This document shows, piece by piece, positions 34,216-43,021 of a stretch of 56,148 nucleotides of DNA. The DNA comes from a virus. Taxonomy: Duplodnaviria; Caudoviricetes. The notes under the pieces were generated by a model. It was not told where the DNA came from, did no database searches, and saw only the letters and a program-made list of their open reading frames with translations. Position 1 is the stretch's first letter. Every line of letters starts with the position of its first letter. A program made the translations under genes and the position numbers. Location of the stretch: positions 1 through 56,148 of IMG/VR virus record IMGVR_UViG_3300046012_000429; one strand, given 5' to 3'.

Positions 34216-34451
34216 GCGTCGAGCAGATGACCGGGGAGGGTCACTACCGGGTCACCTTCCACAACGGAAGACCGGTGGTGGCCGAGATCTGGCGAGACGG
34301 GGTGCGGATGGTGCTCGGCAGGCGCAACCACCAGGGCACCTGCGCCCGCTGCGGCCGGGTGACCCCGGTCTACGAGCCGACCAACACCACGATGGAGGTT
34401 TGTGACACCTGCGAGCAGATCCTCACGTCCCTCCAGGAGAGCCATGACTGA
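34212..34451 (+). CDS. Zinc-finger hypothetical protein
   Basis: CARCG...CDTC. Confidence 0.55.
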   Translation: MSVEQMTGEGHYRVTFHNGRPVVAEIWRDGVRMVLGRRNHQGTCARCGRVTPVYEPTNTTMEVCDTCEQILTSLQESHD

Positions 34452-34692
34452 GATCCTGCACGACCCGGAGTTCTGCCTGCACAACTGCGGCATCATCACC
34501 GTGGTCGACAACACCTTGCGGTGCGACCAGTGCCACACCGAGATGGTGTTCGTGTCCGTCGACCGGCTGCGGTCCCTGCAACGCACCCCCACCGAGGTCG
34601 AGGCCGACCTGCGACGGCAGAACGAGCGGCTGCGGGGTGTGCTGACCGCCGTCCAGCGCTCCATCGAGATGATCGCGAGGATGCCCCAGTGA
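34444..34692 (+). CDS. Zinc-ribbon / coiled-coil hypothetical protein
   Basis: CLHNCG...CDQC; RBS AGGAG. Confidence 0.55.
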   Translation: MTEILHDPEFCLHNCGIITVVDNTLRCDQCHTEMVFVSVDRLRSLQRTPTEVEADLRRQNERLRGVLTAVQRSIEMIARMPQ

Positions 34693-34871
34693 ACTGGCTG
34701 CTGGTCGCGCTCGTGCTGTCCAACCTGGCCTGGCTCGTCGCCTTCGCCGTCGCGGTCAGGACCCGCAAGCGGAGATCGGTGCACATCGGTGGGCCGAACT
34801 TCGTCACGGTCGAGGGCTACTCCGCCAAGCAGGCCGCCCGACTGCTCGATCTGATCGACGAGGTGCGCTGA
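34689..34871 (+). CDS. Small membrane protein
   Basis: N-terminal TM segment followed by RTRKRR. Confidence 0.55.
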   Translation: MNWLLVALVLSNLAWLVAFAVAVRTRKRRSVHIGGPNFVTVEGYSAKQAARLLDLIDEVR

Positions 34872-35224
34872 TGCGCTTGATCCACTTCACCTGCGACCAC
34901 TCCGCCGCCAAGATCGCCCTCGATCGCGTGCTGCGGCCCAACCCGCTGTCGTTTCGACACCTGCTGTGGCTCACCGACCTGGAATCACCCTCGGTGCGCG
35001 GGCTCGGGTTGACCAGTTACATGCTGCGCTGCGACCGCACGGCGTGGAAGGTGGTGGTGGAGACCGACGCTGCGGTCAGGTGGACGAAATGGGCCCACGA
35101 CAACAAGGTGGACTTCGCCAATCGGCTCGGACTGGACGGCGCTGAGGGGGCTATGCCTCTACGGTGGTGGGTATCTGAGGTCGAACTGCCCATTGTGAGC
35201 ATCGAGCGCATCAAGAAAGGCTGA
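34871..35224 (+). CDS. Possible ADP-ribosyltransferase-fold protein
   Basis: LIHFTC....KI.....LRP......LWLTD pattern. Confidence 0.45.
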   Translation: MRLIHFTCDHSAAKIALDRVLRPNPLSFRHLLWLTDLESPSVRGLGLTSYMLRCDRTAWKVVVETDAAVRWTKWAHDNKVDFANRLGLDGAEGAMPLRWWVSEVELPIVSIERIKKG

Positions 35225-35227
35225 GAG

Positions 35228-35425
35228 ATGCCTGCCAAAGCCAAAAAACTGGCCTGCTGCTCGGCTCGGTCGGTGAAACTGAAGAAAGCGTCCTACGCGA
35301 AGGCCAAAAAGGCCGCAGATGCCGCGTCGAAAGGCCCAGTGAAGAAGGCACCGGCCAAAAAGGCCCCAGCGAAGAAGGCAGCAGCCAAAAAGGCCAAACC
35401 GTGCATGATGTGCGGCAAGAAATGA
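35228..35425 (+). CDS. Histone H1-like Lys/Ala-rich small protein
   Basis: KKAPAKKAPAKKAAAKKAK repeats. Confidence 0.6.
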   Translation: MPAKAKKLACCSARSVKLKKASYAKAKKAADAASKGPVKKAPAKKAPAKKAAAKKAKPCMMCGKK

Positions 35426-35504
35426 CCACCAGAGAGAAACTTCTGGTCGGGTCCGCGTTCTTTGTCGGCTCGGCCTGGGCCACGCTCGTGATGTGGTGGC
35501 TCAG

Positions 35505-36038
35505 ATGATCGTCTCCGGCGGGGTGAAGTACCACCCGTCGCTGGAGCCGCTGATGGAGCCGATCTCGGCACTCTCCCCGCACCCGGGCAACCCCAACAAC
35601 GGCGACTACGAGGAAATCGCGGTCTCCATCGAGGTCAACGGCATGTACCGCCCCGTCGAGGCTCAGCGGTCGACTGGCTTCGTGCTCGCGGGCAACACCA
35701 CCTACGCCGCCTGCCTGCTGCTGGACGCCACCATCATCCCGGTGGTGTGGCTGGACGTGGACGACATCGCCGCGACACGCATCCTGCTCGGCGACAACCA
35801 ACTCGCCCGGCTCGCCATCATGGACCAGGCCCTGCTCCAGCCCCAGATCGCGACCCTGCTGGAGACCGAACTACGACTGCTGGGCACCGGCTACACCGAG
35901 CCCCCGCCGCCCCCGCCGCAGGCACCGCCCGGCCACACGGTCAGCGTGTACTTGACCGCTGATGCCTTGGCGTCGTGGTTCGACGTGCCCGGGGAGAGCG
36001 ACCGGGAGCGGCTGTTCTTCCTGCTCGACCTGCGCTAG
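35505..36038 (+). CDS. ParB/Srx-like N-terminal domain protein
   Basis: PHPGNPNNGD...IA.SI..NG..RP......G.VLAGN..Y.A...L ... DN.LA. Confidence 0.8.
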   Translation: MIVSGGVKYHPSLEPLMEPISALSPHPGNPNNGDYEEIAVSIEVNGMYRPVEAQRSTGFVLAGNTTYAACLLLDATIIPVVWLDVDDIAATRILLGDNQLARLAIMDQALLQPQIATLLETELRLLGTGYTEPPPPPPQAPPGHTVSVYLTADALASWFDVPGESDRERLFFLLDLR

Positions 36039-36055
36039 CGCAGGACGCGATGGCG

Positions 36056-37411
36056 TCAGTCAGTCCACGCCTGCAGTGCGGCATAGGCGGGCTTCGTGGT
36101 GCCGTTGGTGCGGATGATTCCGAACGTGGGCTCATTGCCGGTGGTGCCCGTGTCGAAGCCGGTGTACCACATCATCGGACCGGTCGCGCCGCGTGCTGTG
36201 CCCTGGTCGTACCAGCCGGTGAACAGGTCGGTCAGCCACTGTCCCTGGTTGGCGTCACCCACATCGGCGCGCGCGGTCGGGAAGCCCTGCTCGGTCGTCC
36301 AGATCTTCTTGCCTCGGTCACCGTTCGCGTTCATCGTGGCGCGGACGTTGGTGACGTTGCCCATGTTGCCACCGGTGAAGCAACCCGATGAGGACTTGCA
36401 CCAAGCCGAGTCGGCGTACGGGTGGACGGCGACACCGTCCCAGTTGCCCTTCGCCAGCGGGTACAGGTCGGCGTACCACAGGTCCTGTTTGAGCCGTCCC
36501 GAGTCGTTCCACGCCGTCCCACCGGTCAGCACGTAGGCATCCGGGTCAGCAGCCTTGACGGCCGGGTAGGTCGCCTTGATCAGGTCCGCGTACCGGGCGA
36601 CGTTCGGCGAGGTCCAGAACGTGGCCAGGTTCGGCTCGTTCCAGATCTCCCAGGCGGCGACGTTGCTGCCCTTGAAGTGGGTCACCGCAGCCGCCGCGAA
36701 GTTGGCGAACGCGGTCCGCTGCGCGGTCGTGGTCGGCCCGACATCCCACGACGAGGCAGACCAGGCTGGCAGCGTGGAGACGCACCAGATGACCTTGAGT
36801 CCGTTCGCCTTCGCCGCTGACTGGATGCGGTCGGGAGCCGTCCAGTTGCGGCTGCCCTGCGACGTCTCGATGTAGACGGCGGGCAGATCCATCCGGAACC
36901 ACTTCACACCGGTCGCGGCGAGTTTGGCCATGCGGGAGTTGATCGTGCTGGCCGACAGACCAGACCATAGGTGATAGGGCTCCGCGATGCCGGACATCTC
37001 CGCGTGCGATGCAACCGCCGTGCTTGACGGTGACGGGGTGGCTGACCGCGTGGGGGTGATCGTCGGTGTGGGGGTGACGCTGGGCGTCACCGACGCTGAA
37101 GGGGTGGCAGATCGACTCGCGGTGACGCTGGGCGCCGGGGAAGGCGCATCCAGCGCTTCACGAATCGCCCGCAGTTCCGCATCCTGCCGGTCAAGACGAC
37201 AGTCCAGGTAGCGGTAGTTCTCGTAGCCGCTCACCGAACTGCTGCTGGTGTCCACGTACTGGGCGCATGGATCTTGGGGGGTAGCGATGGCGACGGTGCC
37301 GCCACCAACCAAGGCACCGGCACCAACGAGCGCGAACACGGCAAGTAGCCGCCTACGTGCAGGAGCGGTTCGGGGCTGACGGGGAGCGATCTTCCACATG
37401 TGGTGCTCCAA
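36056..37411 (-). CDS. Secreted or anchored clan GH-A glycoside hydrolase (GH5/GH39-like)
   Basis: Signal/TM segment, S/T/P linker, WEIWNEPN acid-base, AVHPY, IWTTEQG nucleophile, FGI......KPAY. Confidence 0.85.
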   Translation of the reverse strand: MEHHMWKIAPRQPRTAPARRRLLAVFALVGAGALVGGGTVAIATPQDPCAQYVDTSSSSVSGYENYRYLDCRLDRQDAELRAIREALDAPSPAPSVTASRSATPSASVTPSVTPTPTITPTRSATPSPSSTAVASHAEMSGIAEPYHLWSGLSASTINSRMAKLAATGVKWFRMDLPAVYIETSQGSRNWTAPDRIQSAAKANGLKVIWCVSTLPAWSASSWDVGPTTTAQRTAFANFAAAAVTHFKGSNVAAWEIWNEPNLATFWTSPNVARYADLIKATYPAVKAADPDAYVLTGGTAWNDSGRLKQDLWYADLYPLAKGNWDGVAVHPYADSAWCKSSSGCFTGGNMGNVTNVRATMNANGDRGKKIWTTEQGFPTARADVGDANQGQWLTDLFTGWYDQGTARGATGPMMWYTGFDTGTTGNEPTFGIIRTNGTTKPAYAALQAWTD

Positions 37412-37443
37412 TGTCGAGGAGCCCCCGCTCTCCGGAACAGACG

Positions 37444-37950
37444 CTAACGGATCAGCAGCCGAACTCGACTACCCACAGGCGGCGTGTTCTGGGTACCGAA
37501 GGTCGCCGTCCGAATCGCCGGGAACGACACCCAGGCCCCATGGGAGGTCTCCTCCCCGGTCACCAGGTACTGGCGAAAGGCGGTGATCGGCGGCGAACTG
37601 GGGTCGTCGGTCAACACCACCGTGGCTCCCGGTGCCAGTCCGGCCAGGGATGGCTGCACCCCGTCGGCGTCGGTCTTGCTGACCGCCAGGATGCGGTCGT
37701 TGCCGGTGGTGATCTGCACCGTCAGCCGACCTGCTCCCGGGTTGGTGCTGGCCGGACCCCCGGCCCACTCCCAGGAGCCCTCCGACCCGGGCAGCCGGGC
37801 GTACAGGTCGGCGACCGCGTTCGCGGCCCAGTCGGCGGCCTGCTCGGCGTGCCACAGCCTCGACAAGACCTGCTGGGCGAAGGCGTCCCAGCCCTGGTAC
37901 ACGTCGCTCAACGGCTGCAGGTCCGCCTTGGGGGTGGGGACGAAGGTCAC
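37444..37950 (-). CDS. Hypothetical protein (fibre-associated)
   Basis: GTGA-coupled ORF downstream of the tail fibre. Confidence 0.65.
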   Translation of the reverse strand: MTFVPTPKADLQPLSDVYQGWDAFAQQVLSRLWHAEQAADWAANAVADLYARLPGSEGSWEWAGGPASTNPGAGRLTVQITTGNDRILAVSKTDADGVQPSLAGLAPGATVVLTDDPSSPPITAFRQYLVTGEETSHGAWVSFPAIRTATFGTQNTPPVGSRVRLLIR

Positions 37951-38240
37951 GGGGTGGGCTCCTCGACCGGCTGCGGCAGCAGCGACTGCACGGCGGACAG
38001 GATCTGGCCGTCGGTGATCACCGAGGGATCGTTGCCGGGTCGCTCCACGCTCCCGGCAATGGCTGAGGCGTAGGCGTCCCCGAAGCCAGGCTGGGCAGAC
38101 ATGTCCCAGGAGTGCATGGCCTGCCAAGAGCCCGGGTCGATGGCCCCGGCGTCGTCCAGGGTCTCGACTGCGTAGGCAGCCATCACCCGCTGCGAGAAGT
38201 CGGAGTCCTGGTTGAGTGCTGCGATGTCGGAGTAGCCCAT
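37947..38240 (-). CDS. Small fibre-associated protein (alternative in-frame start at 38372)
   Basis: MGYSDIAAL..D.DF..RV.A ... ITDGQILSAVQ. Confidence 0.7.
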   Translation of the reverse strand: MGYSDIAALNQDSDFSQRVMAAYAVETLDDAGAIDPGSWQAMHSWDMSAQPGFGDAYASAIAGSVERPGNDPSVITDGQILSAVQSLLPQPVEEPTP

Positions 38241-38495
38241 GAGACTGCCTTTCAGTCGGTGAGGTAGGAGTCGGACCGGTCGTAGTTTGCGGCCAGGGCT
38301 GTCCCGCCGCCACGCCGTTGAATCGTGTTGAGCGCCCCGCCCGCGCCGATCAAGAACTGGGCGATAGCCCATGAGACCTGCCTTTCAGTCGGTGAGGTAA
38401 GAGCCGGACCAGTAGTAGTTCGCAGCCAGGGCGGTCCCGCCGCCCCGCCATTGAACCGTGTTCCCGGTACCCGAGCCGATCAAGAACTGGGCGAT
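38234..38495 (-). repeat. Diverged ~130-bp tandem duplication of the fibre 3' end plus the next gene's RBS and start
   Basis: 38366-38495 vs 38234-38365; both read ATCGCCCAGTTCTTGATCGGC...TACCTCACCGACTGAAAGGCAG(G)TCTCATGGGCT. Confidence 0.9.
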
Positions 38496-40595
38496 GCTGC
38501 TACCCACGTTGGCACCGGCAGCCAGGTAGTAGGACACCTTCGGCAGCCCAATCCCCACCGGGAAGGTGCCGACGGTGTAGGCGTTGGTCAGGACGGCGAA
38601 CCCGGTGTTCAGCCAGGCGCCCCTGAGGAACACCTGGTTGCCGATCTGGCGCATCATCGGCGGGTCGGTGGCGTGTGCGGCGAACCCGGGCGAGATGGCG
38701 ACCGGCAGCCAGCCGGTGTCAGCGGCGTCCGGCTTGGACCGCAACTGGCCCCTGGAGTCGATGTAGATCTCGCGACCCTTGAGGGGATCGGTGCCGACCA
38801 GCGCAGGAGCCAGGTTGCCAACCCCCCACACCCCGGACGCCGCCGCCCCGTTCACCACGGGGGCAGGAACCTTCACAATGTCGATGCTGCTGTTGGCCAC
38901 CCCAGCGGCGGTGCCCAGTGTCGACCCGGAGTTCTGGTCGATCTGCGTCTGAATGGTGTCCCCGGCGGCGCACTTGAGCACGCGCGACAGCGTGTTGGTC
39001 GGCGTGGACGCACCCGGACTGACGAAGTTGTAGCCCGCTCCGGCCGACGAGCCGTTCTGCAGGATGCGAAGCCGTCGGTACCCGGTGGCGTTGGAGTCCC
39101 AGCCGACCTTTGCGCTCACCTGGTAGTAACCCGCCACCGGCACCGTGAAGATCCCCCCGGCGAAGGCGATGCCATCGGTGAAGTCCTCGGTGTCCCACGG
39201 GACCGGGGTGATCGTGGCATGGGTGCACGACACCGCCGCCGCTTGCCGACGCGAGGCTGCGTAGTTCTGCTCACCGTAGGTCGACACCGCCGAGCCCGCG
39301 TAGGCAGCCGGGACCTTGGTGACCGAGACCCAGTTGTAGCCCGGACCGCCGCCCAGGGCGAGGCTGGAGCCGCTGCTCTGCTGGGCTCGGACACTGATCT
39401 TCTGCCCGGCCAGGGCCTTGATGGTGGTCGCTACTCGGGCACCGGCACTAGTCGCGTCGGTACCGGCCACAGCCATAGAGACGGCATCAAGGTAGACGTA
39501 GACACTGCGTCCGCCCGTCGCATTTGCAGCGAAGGTGATCGCGGCCCCGACGTTGTAGTAGCCATCGGTGGGGACGATGAAGGCAGCGTCAGGGGCGCTC
39601 CAGGCGATCCCGTCGGTGTAGTCCTCGGTGTCGAAGGGGATCGCGGTGATGGTGGCGTTCAGCAGCGAGGTGGCTGCCGCGTGCTTGCGCCGGGACGACA
39701 TCGGCCGCTCGACGATCACCCCGCCCCCAGCGGGTGGCTGCTCCGGCACCTTGGTGATGTTCATCCAGTTCGACGCCGCGCCGCCGTTGAGCGCATTGGC
39801 GGCACCGGAGACCTGGGAGACGCCCACGTGCACGAGGTCACCGGCCGCCAGTTTCACGACCCGGTTGACCGTGGCTGAGGAGGCAGCGCTGGCTGCTCCG
39901 TAGATGGACAGCCCGCCGACGCCCGCCGACCCGTTGATCACCAGCCGCAGGGTCGGTCCGCCGGAGGACATCGTGGCCAACTGCACCGAGGCGTTGACCT
40001 GGTAGTAGCCAGCCACCGGAATGACGAAGTCAGCACCGTTCCACACGATGCCGTTGGTGTAGTCCTCGGTGTCTAGGGGGAGAGTGACGATGGTGGAGTT
40101 CGGGATCGCGGTGGCCGCTTGGTGACGCCGCGACGAGGCGTAGAGCGGCTCCACCACTGCCGAACCACCGCCGCTGGCAGCCACGGTCTCCCAGGCCGCA
40201 TCCCCGTCGGCATCGGACTGCTTGGTCAGCACCTGACCGTCGGTGCCCCCCGGCGGTACGCCAGAGCCACCACTCTGCTGCTCGTACTCCCAGCCCCCGA
40301 GCCGCCAGACCAACACGTCGCCCTCGTCGGGCTCGGTGTCGGGCACGTCGGTCAGGTCGCTGGTGGCCAGTACGGCGTCGGCGAACACCGTCAGTGGGTC
40401 GTTGAAGGTGCCGACCCCGGTGGCGGTGAAGTCGACGTTGCCGTCGTCGGTGAACTCGACCCGGCCGGTCAGGTTGGCAGACTCGGAGGTGATCTCGTAG
40501 GGGTTCTCCAGGGTGCCGATGCCCTCGACACTGATCCCGTCCCCGGCCACCACCAGGCAGGAGCAGGCGTTCGCGCAGCCGCATCTGTTCGGCAC
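38385..40595 (-). CDS. Tail fibre / receptor-binding protein with three C1q/TNF-like repeats
   Basis: Cys N-terminal motif; GGTDGQVLTK.S..D....W; three DTED(Y/F)T.GI....F.(V/I)P..GYY.V units; DTGW...RQIGNQV.LRG terminal domain. Confidence 0.82.
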   Translation of the reverse strand: MPNRCGCANACSCLVVAGDGISVEGIGTLENPYEITSESANLTGRVEFTDDGNVDFTATGVGTFNDPLTVFADAVLATSDLTDVPDTEPDEGDVLVWRLGGWEYEQQSGGSGVPPGGTDGQVLTKQSDADGDAAWETVAASGGGSAVVEPLYASSRRHQAATAIPNSTIVTLPLDTEDYTNGIVWNGADFVIPVAGYYQVNASVQLATMSSGGPTLRLVINGSAGVGGLSIYGAASAASSATVNRVVKLAAGDLVHVGVSQVSGAANALNGGAASNWMNITKVPEQPPAGGGVIVERPMSSRRKHAAATSLLNATITAIPFDTEDYTDGIAWSAPDAAFIVPTDGYYNVGAAITFAANATGGRSVYVYLDAVSMAVAGTDATSAGARVATTIKALAGQKISVRAQQSSGSSLALGGGPGYNWVSVTKVPAAYAGSAVSTYGEQNYAASRRQAAAVSCTHATITPVPWDTEDFTDGIAFAGGIFTVPVAGYYQVSAKVGWDSNATGYRRLRILQNGSSAGAGYNFVSPGASTPTNTLSRVLKCAAGDTIQTQIDQNSGSTLGTAAGVANSSIDIVKVPAPVVNGAAASGVWGVGNLAPALVGTDPLKGREIYIDSRGQLRSKPDAADTGWLPVAISPGFAAHATDPPMMRQIGNQVFLRGAWLNTGFAVLTNAYTVGTFPVGIGLPKVSYYLAAGANVGSSIAQFLIGSGTGNTVQWRGGGTALAANYYWSGSYLTD

Positions 40596-40596
40596 G

Positions 40597-41712
40597 TCAG
40601 CCTCCGACCAAGGTGATGTCGATGTAGGTGTACTTGGTCCCCGCCGAGCCGTACATGTTGGCGTTCGCGATGTTGGTCTTGGTCCGAGCCGCGAGGGTGT
40701 CTCCGGCTGCGCACCTCACTGTCCGGCTCAACTGCCAGGACTTGTTCGTGCCGACCGCGCCGCTGGAGGTGTCGGCAAGGGTCGCCCCGTTCTTCACGAA
40801 GTTCGTGTTGACAGTCGAGGTGGAGGTGGTGCCCTGGATGTGGGAGCCGAAGTTGATCGCGTACTGACCCGCCACCGGCACCGTGAACACACCCCCCGCG
40901 TAGGTGATCCCGCCCTCGCTGGCCTCGATGTTCTCGAAGGTCGCGGTGTACCAGGTGTTCGCAGTGGGCATCGACTGAGGTGTGGTCTTGTAGCCCGCGT
41001 AGTGGACGTCCGCTGCAGCCAGCGTCCACGGGGACCAGACGGCGTTGTTGCCGTTGCGGTACCACGCTCTCGGCGTGGCCTGGTTGTTCACATAGCACCA
41101 CTGGGCGCAGGCGAAGTCACCACTGACTCTCTTGTGGGTGACGACGGTGCTCGACCCACCTGACGGCCAGCCCACTCCCTCGGCAGCGCTCAGCGTCATC
41201 ACCGAGGTACCGGTCGGATAGGCGGTGGGTGGATCGGTGACCAGTTTCCCGGTCGGGATCACGTCCGGCTTGGCTCGGAGTTGGTTGGTCACGTCCAGGT
41301 AGATCTCGCGGCCGATCTTCGAGTCCATCCCGAAGACATCCAGTGGGGGAGTGCCCCATGAGCCCGATAGGGGGAGGCCGGCGGCGGCGGCGGCCTCGAA
41401 CTCCCAGTGGTTGCCTCGCCAGACCGGGATCTCACCCTCGGTCGGGGTGCCCACCACGTCCTTCAGGTTGGTCAGCGACTGGGTGGCCTGACCCTGGATC
41501 CGGCGCTTGTCGGTGGCGGTGCCCGAGCCGGAGATGGTCAGGTCCAGAGTGGGGGAGTCGACCACGTCGAGGTTCAGCAGCGGGTTGCCGCCAGGGACGC
41601 TGATCAGGTAGGGCCGGTTTGCCGAGCCGTTGCCGACGACCGTCACGCCACCATCGGGGGCGGCCTTGATGACACAAGAGCAGGTCCCGGTTCCGCAGGC
41701 GCACCTGGCGAT
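40597..41712 (-). CDS. Tail fibre protein (probable ATC start at 41712; first canonical GTG at 41646)
   Basis: In-frame ARCACGTGTCSC motif upstream of the GTG; knob-like WYR......WSPW; C1q-like FTVPVAGQY. Confidence 0.78.
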   Translation of the reverse strand: MARCACGTGTCSCVIKAAPDGGVTVVGNGSANRPYLISVPGGNPLLNLDVVDSPTLDLTISGSGTATDKRRIQGQATQSLTNLKDVVGTPTEGEIPVWRGNHWEFEAAAAAGLPLSGSWGTPPLDVFGMDSKIGREIYLDVTNQLRAKPDVIPTGKLVTDPPTAYPTGTSVMTLSAAEGVGWPSGGSSTVVTHKRVSGDFACAQWCYVNNQATPRAWYRNGNNAVWSPWTLAAADVHYAGYKTTPQSMPTANTWYTATFENIEASEGGITYAGGVFTVPVAGQYAINFGSHIQGTTSTSTVNTNFVKNGATLADTSSGAVGTNKSWQLSRTVRCAAGDTLAARTKTNIANANMYGSAGTKYTYIDITLVGG

Positions 41713-41881
41713 CGCTCAGCCCTGCTCTCCCCGGGTTCACAACCGGCTTGGCTCCGGCCCTTGCGAGGGGCTGGTCGTCGATCCTTTTGCGTGGCGGCCG
41801 AGGCACGCGAGTTGCCCCGGCCACCGGGGGTGAGTCTGGCACAGGCAGACAGGGGAGAGTACGTAGTCGTATCCTTCGCGC

Positions 41882-42412
41882 ATGGCAAGTCGGCAGGACT
41901 CCTCACATCCGACCGGGGTGGTCGACGAGTTCGCCAACGGCAAGGGCGAGCCTGCGCGAATCCAGCGCAACCGCAAAGCCGACGCTGCGCTGAGCATGAA
42001 GATGTCCGGGGCGACCTGGTCCGAGATCGCCATGACGCTGGGCTACCCGACCCCGCGACAGGCGATGCTCGCGGTGGAGAAGGCCCTGGTCCGCCAACTC
42101 AACGAGGACGACGACAGGGCCAAGATGCGGCAGGTCTCCGGGGCGCGACTGGAGCGGCTGCTGCGCGGCATCTGGAACAAGGCCATCAATCCCAATGACC
42201 CGGAGCAGATGACGGCGGTGTCGCGGGCTCGTGAACTGATCGCCGACCACAACAAGTTGTACGGGCTGAACGCCCCGACCGAGGTGACGGTGCACTCCCC
42301 GACCAACTCCGAACTGGAGGACTGGGTGCTCCAGATGACCGCCACGATGGTGCCCGACGTGGCAGAACCGGACATCTACGATGCCGAGGTCCTTGAGATC
42401 GAAGCAAGTTAA
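41882..42412 (+). CDS. Terminase small subunit-like HTH protein
   Basis: A......GATWSEIA..LGY HTH, RLERL...W, KLYGLNAP; upstream of the large terminase. Confidence 0.7.
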   Translation: MASRQDSSHPTGVVDEFANGKGEPARIQRNRKADAALSMKMSGATWSEIAMTLGYPTPRQAMLAVEKALVRQLNEDDDRAKMRQVSGARLERLLRGIWNKAINPNDPEQMTAVSRARELIADHNKLYGLNAPTEVTVHSPTNSELEDWVLQMTATMVPDVAEPDIYDAEVLEIEAS

Positions 42413-42459
42413 GGCGGCCTTAACCCATATGCCCAGGTTTGCCAGAGGGGGTGATGCCC

Positions 42460-42834
42460 ATGCCATTCAGACTCGATCCTGAGAAGTACGGAGAGTTCCG
42501 TGCGAAGATTCAATTCACGACCGCTGCCTGGATGCCTTGAAAGCCCTACAAGATCTATCAAGCCTGCAAGGCCACCGGCGTGCTGAGCAACACCGCCTAC
42601 TGCCAGATCGCGGTGTGCGAGAAACTGGCCCGCGACCTCGACTTGGACCTGGATGAGTTGCTGGCCACCCTGCCTCGACGACGGACCACCTCGAACTACC
42701 TGTTCGACCCGCGCGGGGTGGACACCAAGGTCCCCGGCGACGAACCGGCCAACGGCGACCGGAATGCCACCCATACTCGCATCGGCGTCGGCCGTTACGG
42801 TATGGGCGGCAGCGGCGACGAGGAGGTGTACTAA
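42460..42834 (+). pseudogene. Gene interrupted by an in-frame TGA at 42538-42540
   Basis: MPFRLDPEKY...FTTAAWMP*KPYKIYQACKATGVLSNTAYCQIAV is one frame with RBS AGAGGGGG. Confidence 0.6.
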
Positions 42835-42863
42835 CCGATGGTCACCTTTTCTACACTGGTCAC

Positions 42864-43016
42864 GTGCAGAAGGTCCGGTGGACGGTCAAGTGCGCGGGCG
42901 GTTGCGGCACGATGCTGCAGATCGGCACCTACGCGACCCGCCTGCACTCCGGTCTGTGGTGCCTGACGTGCCTGCGAAAGCACCAACTGACGTGTCAGGT
43001 GTACCGCCCGAACTGA
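42864..43016 (+). CDS. 50-aa zinc-finger protein (leaderless)
   Basis: CAGGCG...WCLTC; TACACT 6 nt before GTG. Confidence 0.5.
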   Translation: MQKVRWTVKCAGGCGTMLQIGTYATRLHSGLWCLTCLRKHQLTCQVYRPN

Positions 43017-43021
43017 TCGGC

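Noticed and set aside
38234-38495. Diversity-generating retroelement TR/VR pair
   Set aside because: Only about 4 of 11 point differences are at adenines of the putative template, there is an indel, and no reverse transcriptase is in the window
42538-42540. Genome-wide TGA reassignment or selenocysteine
   Set aside because: TGA terminates most genes here, often in ATGA/GTGA overlaps; only one internal case was seen
42653-43021. N-terminal extension of terminase given in the ORF track
   Set aside because: Overlaps two better-supported small genes and a -10 element; the translation is not protein-like
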